A DNA stretch of 11,507 nucleotides, taken from NCBI GenBank assembly GCA_046759165.1, contig JBHIBS010000048.1, forward strand, positions 1 to 11,507. Reading direction: 5' to 3'. The notes below the pieces were generated by a model that ran no database searches, had not been told where the DNA came from, and saw only the letters and a program-made list of their open reading frames with translations. This stretch comes from a bacterium (GTDB taxonomy: Bacteria > UBA6262 > WVXT01). Positions 6,249 through 11,507 of this stretch are shown here, piece by piece; within the stretch, counting starts at the first letter, position 1, and the number at the start of each line of letters is the position of its first letter. A program made the translations under genes and the position numbers.

Positions 6249-7112
6249 ATGAGGATATTCGTCACCAGCGATATTCATGGCAATAAAGCATTAATTCATC
6301 TTGCTTTGAAAATAGTAAGAAAAAAACAGGTAGATGCGTTAATTATTGCTGGTGATATTGCTCCTAAAGGTTTTTACCAACTATTGAAGAAAAATTCAGG
6401 GTATAAGATTAGCTCTGTATTCCCTGTAAAAGACGAATTACTAATCAAGGGAAATGAGTTTGAAATAAAGAGAAGATTAGACCTGCTGGGATTCGTCGAA
6501 CAATCTGGAAATTCATGCGAATTATCTGAGATTCAATCAAAACAAAAAGAGAAGTTAAAAGAAATATGTAAACTACTGCAATTGGCAAATATTCCTATAT
6601 TCCTGTTAATCGGAAACGATGACCATATACCAAGTTCAGATTGGGATAAGGTTCTTGAAGATTTCGGAATACTTAATCTGAATTTAAAAACACACAATTT
6701 AGGTAGATGGCGGGTGAGTGGATTTCAGTATGTTTTACCGACTCCATGGAATACCAATAACGAATTGCCTGAAGAACAATTGGCAGTCATGTTGAGAGGT
6801 ATAAAAAGACAGGTAAATGAACAGACCATTTTTGTGACTCACGGCCCCGCGAAGAATATTTTAGATAAATTAAATAATGGTCTATGTGCTGGTTCAACAT
6901 CAATAAGAAAATTAGTTGAAGACAAGCAGCCGATCTTTCATATCTTCGGACATATCCATGACTCCTTTGGTCAAGAAAAAGTTGGCAATACTTTATGCTG
7001 TAATGTTTCTTGTTTATGGCTTGACCGAATTCTACGAGGATATATCATTGATTTAGATATCAATACTATTGAAAAAATTGAGCAACAAGTATTGCTCGAT
7101 GAGTTGTGGTGA
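6249..7112 (+). CDS. Calcineurin-like metallophosphoesterase (Icc-related)
   Basis: The five metal-binding blocks are present: SDIHGN, AGDI, GNDD, THGP, GHIH. Confidence 0.85.
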   Translation: MRIFVTSDIHGNKALIHLALKIVRKKQVDALIIAGDIAPKGFYQLLKKNSGYKISSVFPVKDELLIKGNEFEIKRRLDLLGFVEQSGNSCELSEIQSKQKEKLKEICKLLQLANIPIFLLIGNDDHIPSSDWDKVLEDFGILNLNLKTHNLGRWRVSGFQYVLPTPWNTNNELPEEQLAVMLRGIKRQVNEQTIFVTHGPAKNILDKLNNGLCAGSTSIRKLVEDKQPIFHIFGHIHDSFGQEKVGNTLCCNVSCLWLDRILRGYIIDLDINTIEKIEQQVLLDELW

Positions 7113-7189
7113 AAGAAGAGGATACTTTAATAATAGCGATTACCGATATTTTTTGGTCAAGAAATGGGAGATAGAGAGGTGAGAGTTAA

Positions 7190-7894
7190 ATGAGAAACAT
7201 TAAGCACATTAAAGATTTAGCTAGGCTTGACATTTGTCGAGAGAAACGTAGCGGTATACCGGAATTTATCCTCGCTGAAGGTAAAGAGTGGAAAGATGTG
7301 ACAAAACTTATGATAAATATGGCAAAGGCGAAAGGTAAAGCAATCGCTACACGGGCAGATAAAAAATGTTTTAATGAGATCAAGAAAAGAGTTGCTCAAG
7401 GTTATCGACTGAAACATTATGAAAAGGCACGTATGGTAATCTTAATTAAAAGGGGATATAAGGAGAAAAAGTTTCGGGGAAAAGTAGGAATTATCGCTGC
7501 GGGTACTTCTGATATTCCTATTGCAGAAGAAGTGAGGGCGACCTGTGAACAGTTAGGCTGTGAAGTAATTTATGCCTATGATGTAGGAGTTGCTGGTATG
7601 CATCGACTTTTCTCTCCTTTAGAAAAGATGTTGAGAGAAGAAGTAAGTGTTATTGTTGTTGCTGCTGGAATGGAGGGAGCATTGCCAACAGTGGTAAAAA
7701 GTTTAGTAGATGTGCCAGTTATTGGTGTGCCTACATCGATAGGTTATGGTTATGGAGGAAAAGGCGAATCTGCATTGATGACAATGTTACAATCCTGTTC
7801 TCCCGGGTTAGTAGTAGTTAATATTGACAACGGTTTTGGTGCTGGCTGTGCTGCAGGTTTAATTGCACAACAGAGTAAAAAAGAAATGAGATGA
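7190..7894 (+). CDS. larB: Nickel-pincer cofactor biosynthesis carboxylase/hydrolase LarB (PurE-like fold)
   Basis: ARLDxxRxxRxGIPE, AGTSDIPIAEE, DVGVAGxHRL, AGMEGALP, VPTSIGYG, SCSPG..VVNIDNGFGA. Confidence 0.92.
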   Translation: MRNIKHIKDLARLDICREKRSGIPEFILAEGKEWKDVTKLMINMAKAKGKAIATRADKKCFNEIKKRVAQGYRLKHYEKARMVILIKRGYKEKKFRGKVGIIAAGTSDIPIAEEVRATCEQLGCEVIYAYDVGVAGMHRLFSPLEKMLREEVSVIVVAAGMEGALPTVVKSLVDVPVIGVPTSIGYGYGGKGESALMTMLQSCSPGLVVVNIDNGFGAGCAAGLIAQQSKKEMR

Positions 7895-7912
7895 AAAAGG
7901 AAAAACCAAGTT

Positions 7913-9103
7913 ATGTCTTTATCAAAAAGGGTAAGTCAAATTAGCCCGTCACTAACTCTGGCTATAACCGCCAAGGCAAAGAAGATGAAACAGGATGGGA
8001 TTGATGTAATCGGATTTGGTGCTGGTGAACCAGATTTTGACACACCGGATTATATCAAGGAAGCAGCCAAAAAATTTATAGATTCCGGGTTCACTAAATA
8101 TACTTCTGCATCAGGGATTCCAGAACTAAAAGAGACAGTCTGTAAGAAACTAAAAAGAGATAATGGTCTGGATTATGAACCACAAGAAGTAATTATTTGC
8201 TGTGGAGCAAAACACTCACTATATAATGCTATTCAAGCACTTTGTGATGAAAGGGATGAAGTTATTTTGCCTGTGCCTTATTGGGTAAGTTATCCGGAAC
8301 AAATAAAACTTGCTGGCGCAAAACCTATCTTTGTTGATACTACTGAAGAAAATGCATTTAAAATTACACCGGATCAATTGTGTCAAGCGATTACATCCAG
8401 AACCAAACTGTTCATCCTCAACAGTCCGAATAATCCTACGGGAACAGTTTATTCAAAAGAAGAATTACGGTTACTTTCTAATGTATTGGTAGAAGCGGGT
8501 ATCTATTGCATTTCAGACGAGATATATGAAAAAATCATCTATGATGATGCTGAACATATAAGTATAGCTTCGTTAAGTTCGGAGATAAAGAAACTGACTA
8601 TTGTTATAAATGGAGTTTCTAAAGCTTACTCAATGACTGGCTGGCGCATTGGGTGGGCTTGTGGACCAAAAGAAATAATTCAAGCAATGTCCAGCCTGCA
8701 AAGTCATTCTACATCCAATCCAACTTCTTTCTGTCAGAAGTCAAGTATTGCTGCTTTAGAAGGTCCGGAAGAAGCTCAAAAATTAATGGCAGATGAGTTC
8801 ATTAGAAGAAGAGACTATATTGTGGAAAGATTAAATTCCATAGAAGGTATTTCTTGTCGTAAACCAGAAGGCGCATTTTATGTTTTTCCTAATGTTTCTA
8901 AACTTTTAGGAAAAAGTTATAAAGGTCAAATCATTAAGGATTCTGTTTCTCTGGCTCAAATTTTATTAGAGGAAGCAAAGATAGCAGTTGTCCCCGGTTC
9001 AGCATTCGGAGCAGATAATTATTTAAGACTTTCTTATGCTACATCAATGGAAAATATTACAAAGGGTATGGATAGATTCGAAGAATTTGTAAAAAATTTA
9101 TGA
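7913..9103 (+). CDS. aspC: PLP-dependent class I aminotransferase (aspartate aminotransferase-like)
   Basis: GEPDFDTP, NSPNNPTG, SDEIY, PLP-lysine motif SKAYSMTGWRIG, GAFY, LRLSYA. Confidence 0.88.
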   Translation: MSLSKRVSQISPSLTLAITAKAKKMKQDGIDVIGFGAGEPDFDTPDYIKEAAKKFIDSGFTKYTSASGIPELKETVCKKLKRDNGLDYEPQEVIICCGAKHSLYNAIQALCDERDEVILPVPYWVSYPEQIKLAGAKPIFVDTTEENAFKITPDQLCQAITSRTKLFILNSPNNPTGTVYSKEELRLLSNVLVEAGIYCISDEIYEKIIYDDAEHISIASLSSEIKKLTIVINGVSKAYSMTGWRIGWACGPKEIIQAMSSLQSHSTSNPTSFCQKSSIAALEGPEEAQKLMADEFIRRRDYIVERLNSIEGISCRKPEGAFYVFPNVSKLLGKSYKGQIIKDSVSLAQILLEEAKIAVVPGSAFGADNYLRLSYATSMENITKGMDRFEEFVKNL

Positions 9104-9120
9104 AAGGAGAAGTGAACTCA

Positions 9121-10257
9121 ATGGAAAAGAATTATCTGTTAACACCGGGACCAACACCTGTATTGACTGAAGCATTATTTTCAATGGCTAAGCCGATTAT
9201 TCACCATCGGACACCACAGTTCCAGAACATCTTAAAAGAGGTTGAAGAGGGACTTAAGTATGTGTTCCAAACTGAGAACGATGTTTTAATTTTTGCGTCC
9301 TCAGGCACAGGGGCAATGGAAGGGGCAGTCCAGAATCTTTTATCTTACGGGGATGAAGCATTGGTAGTAAGGGGTGGGAAGTTTGGTGAAAGATGGGGCG
9401 AGATTTGTGAGGCTTTCGGCATCGAATTTATCCCCATTGATGTCCAATGGGGAGAAGCAGTTGCTCCTAACGAAATTGACCAAAAGTTGAAAGAGAACAC
9501 CGATATCAAAGCAGTATTCACTACTCTTTGCGAGACATGTACTGGCGTGGTAAATGATATCAAGAAGATTGGTGAGATAGTCAGAAAATATGATGCTGCC
9601 CTGGTGGTGGATGCTATCAGCGGATTGGGTGCAATCGAACTTAAGACGGATGAATGGAGTATTGATGTTGTCGTAGCAGGTTCACAAAAGGGGTTGATGA
9701 TTCCTCCCGGACTCAGTTTTGTCAGTTTGAGTCCCAAGGCCCGGAAACTAGTTGAGGAAACAAAAGGGCATTGCTACTACTTCGACTTTCTTAAAGCCAG
9801 GAAACTAATCGGTAAACCAGATACTCCTTTTACTCCAGCAATAAGTTTGATAATTGGGTTGGCAGAATCTCTAAAGCGGATAAAAGGAGATGGATTGGAT
9901 AAGGCGTTAGAGAGACATCGTAAACTTGCCTCAGCAGTCAGAAAAGCAGTCGAAGCAATAGGGCTAAAGTTATTTGCTCCCACTGCTTCAAGTGATGCGG
10001 TTACTGCGGTTTTGGTTCCTGAAGGTATAGATGGAACAGAACTGGTTAAAACCATGCGGGACAAATATGGAGTTACTATCGCTGGTGGGCAAGAAAAACT
10101 AAAAGGTAAAATTTTTCGAATCGCCACTATGGGCTACATAACTCAATTTGATGTGATAGTAGCTATTTCAGCATTAGAGATAGTTTTATCTGAAATGGGT
10201 TATGAGTTTGAAAAAGGCAAAGGTGTTAAAGCCTGTGAGGAAGAATTATCTATTTAA
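9121..10257 (+). CDS. PLP-dependent class V aminotransferase (alanine/serine-glyoxylate or phosphoserine aminotransferase type)
   Basis: LLTPGPT, HHR, SGTGAME, VDAISG, GSQKG, TPFTP, GGQ...FRI. ATG 9121 follows AGGAG at 9105-9109; ATG 9100 is the alternative start. Confidence 0.88.
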   Translation: MEKNYLLTPGPTPVLTEALFSMAKPIIHHRTPQFQNILKEVEEGLKYVFQTENDVLIFASSGTGAMEGAVQNLLSYGDEALVVRGGKFGERWGEICEAFGIEFIPIDVQWGEAVAPNEIDQKLKENTDIKAVFTTLCETCTGVVNDIKKIGEIVRKYDAALVVDAISGLGAIELKTDEWSIDVVVAGSQKGLMIPPGLSFVSLSPKARKLVEETKGHCYYFDFLKARKLIGKPDTPFTPAISLIIGLAESLKRIKGDGLDKALERHRKLASAVRKAVEAIGLKLFAPTASSDAVTAVLVPEGIDGTELVKTMRDKYGVTIAGGQEKLKGKIFRIATMGYITQFDVIVAISALEIVLSEMGYEFEKGKGVKACEEELSI

Positions 10258-10269
10258 GAGGAGGGAGCC

Positions 10270-11507
10270 ATGGCTAAAAATAAAATTTATATTATTGATG
10301 TCACTAACCGCGATGGTGTACAGACAGCTAAACTGGGACTGGCTAAATTGGAGAAAACCCTGATCAATATTTATCTTAATGAACTGGGTATTTTTCAGTC
10401 AGAATTTGGTTTCCCGGTTACTCATCACGAGACAAATTACTTAAACGCTAATTTAGAGCTGGCAGAAATTGGGTTACTTAAACCTATCAGGCTAAGTGGT
10501 TGGGTTCGCGCTACAGTAGAGGATGTAAACACTGCCTTTGAAAAAGTACCTAAATTAGAACATTTGAATGTTTCTATTTCGACTTCTGACCAGATGATAC
10601 AGCATAAGTTTAGAGGTAAACTTGACCATACAGGAGTAATCAAGGAGATGACTAAGGCAGTTAAACGAGCTCGTGAATTGGGTGCTAAAAGCATTGGAGC
10701 AAATGCTGAAGATGCTTCGCGTGCCAGAATGGAATACCTGATCGAATTTGCTCAGGCAGCTAAAGAAGCAGGTGCAGACCGTATTCGGTATTGTGATACT
10801 TTAGGTTTTGATGACCCGTTCACCATTTACGAAAGAGTTAAAACTCTTGCTGAAAAAGTTAGAATAGATATTGAGTTACATTGTCATAATGATTTAGGAA
10901 TGGTAGTGGCTACATCGATAGCTGGCGTAAGAGGGGCTATTGATGCCGGAGTGGATGCCTATATCAATACTACCATTAATGGAATGGGAGAACGAGCTGG
11001 TAATGCAGATTTGGTTTCAGTAATTCTGGCTATAAGGAAATCGAGTGGATTCAAGGATAAATATGTACTTGATGAACGAGTAGACCTTGCAAAAGCATGG
11101 AAAATTGCCAAGTATGCTTCTTATGCTTTTGGCGTTCCCATACCGGTCAACCAGCCAGCAGTTGGTGCTAATGCCTTTGCCCATGAGTCAGGAATTCATG
11201 CTGACGGAGCATTAAAAGATCGGCGCAATTACGAACTTTATGATTTTGAAGAGCTGGGTCGAGGTGAACCAGAGATAATTGAAACAGGCAGACAGATTAC
11301 TACTGGTGAATACGGTGGGATAAAAGGATTCAGGAATGTCTATGGTAAACTGGAAGTAGAATTCAAAGATGATAAAGAAGCAACAAAAATTTTAGAACTT
11401 GCTCGCTATGCTAATGTACATACTCAGAAACCATTAACTGAGCATGAACTAAAATTCATCGCTCAATGTCCTGAGCAGGCAAGAAAAATTTTAACAGTAA
11501 CACCATA
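10270..11507 (+). CDS. DRE-TIM metallolyase of the homocitrate synthase/Re-citrate synthase family, running to the window edge
   Basis: Hand translation from ATG 10270 (RBS GAGGGAG): MAKNKIYIIDVTNRDGVQT...AEDASR...YCDTLG...HCHNDLG...NGMGERAGNA...AFAHESGIHADG...NYE. The frame is open for 412 codons and ends LTVTP plus a partial codon 'TA'. The ORF track misses it because no stop is visible. Confidence 0.9.
   Translation, partial: MAKNKIYIIDVTNRDGVQTAKLGLAKLEKTLINIYLNELGIFQSEFGFPVTHHETNYLNANLELAEIGLLKPIRLSGWVRATVEDVNTAFEKVPKLEHLNVSISTSDQMIQHKFRGKLDHTGVIKEMTKAVKRARELGAKSIGANAEDASRARMEYLIEFAQAAKEAGADRIRYCDTLGFDDPFTIYERVKTLAEKVRIDIELHCHNDLGMVVATSIAGVRGAIDAGVDAYINTTINGMGERAGNADLVSVILAIRKSSGFKDKYVLDERVDLAKAWKIAKYASYAFGVPIPVNQPAVGANAFAHESGIHADGALKDRRNYELYDFEELGRGEPEIIETGRQITTGEYGGIKGFRNVYGKLEVEFKDDKEATKILELARYANVHTQKPLTEHELKFIAQCPEQARKILTVTP

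Noticed and set aside
5148-10694. Short ORFs 5148-5417, 5643-5828, 7186-7383, 7217-7417, 8310-8492, 9345-9737, 9777-10127 and 10437-10694
   Set aside because: All lie within or opposite well-supported genes and show no family motifs.
10270-11507. nifV or nitrogen-fixation call
   Set aside because: There is no nif context and the motif variants differ from typical NifV, so no gene symbol is assigned.
1-11507. CRISPR arrays, IS elements, prophage genes, rRNA or tRNA genes
   Set aside because: I saw no periodic repeats, transposase or integrase motifs, or canonical RNA gene signatures.

Overview
AT-rich bacterial window with every credible gene on the + strand. It opens with the tail of a probable response-regulator receiver domain. 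Two DUF2294/MpsC-family genes follow, each with its own sigma70-type promoter. The second promoter drives a structured leader (973-1030) that overlaps a long intrinsic terminator (1028-1081), forming a candidate attenuator or riboswitch. Downstream is a tightly packed run: a Cys-rich divergent DUF2294, greA, a C-terminally truncated Sua5, a gmhB-like HAD phosphatase, purE, an orphan with an internal 60-aa duplication, an rdgB pseudogene, biotin carboxylase, a metallophosphoesterase, larB, class I and class V aminotransferases, and a Re-citrate/homocitrate synthase-type enzyme cut by the window edge (absent from the ORF track). Four otherwise unrelated enzymes in this run (Sua5, PurE, biotin carboxylase, LarB) depend on CO2/HCO3-, and DUF2294 is known from the bicarbonate-transport mpsABC locus. 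The main hypothesis is an inorganic-carbon-responsive attenuation system. Several genes show truncation or substitutions at conserved sites, so the region may be a mosaic or partly decaying. All family calls come from motif recognition, not database searches.
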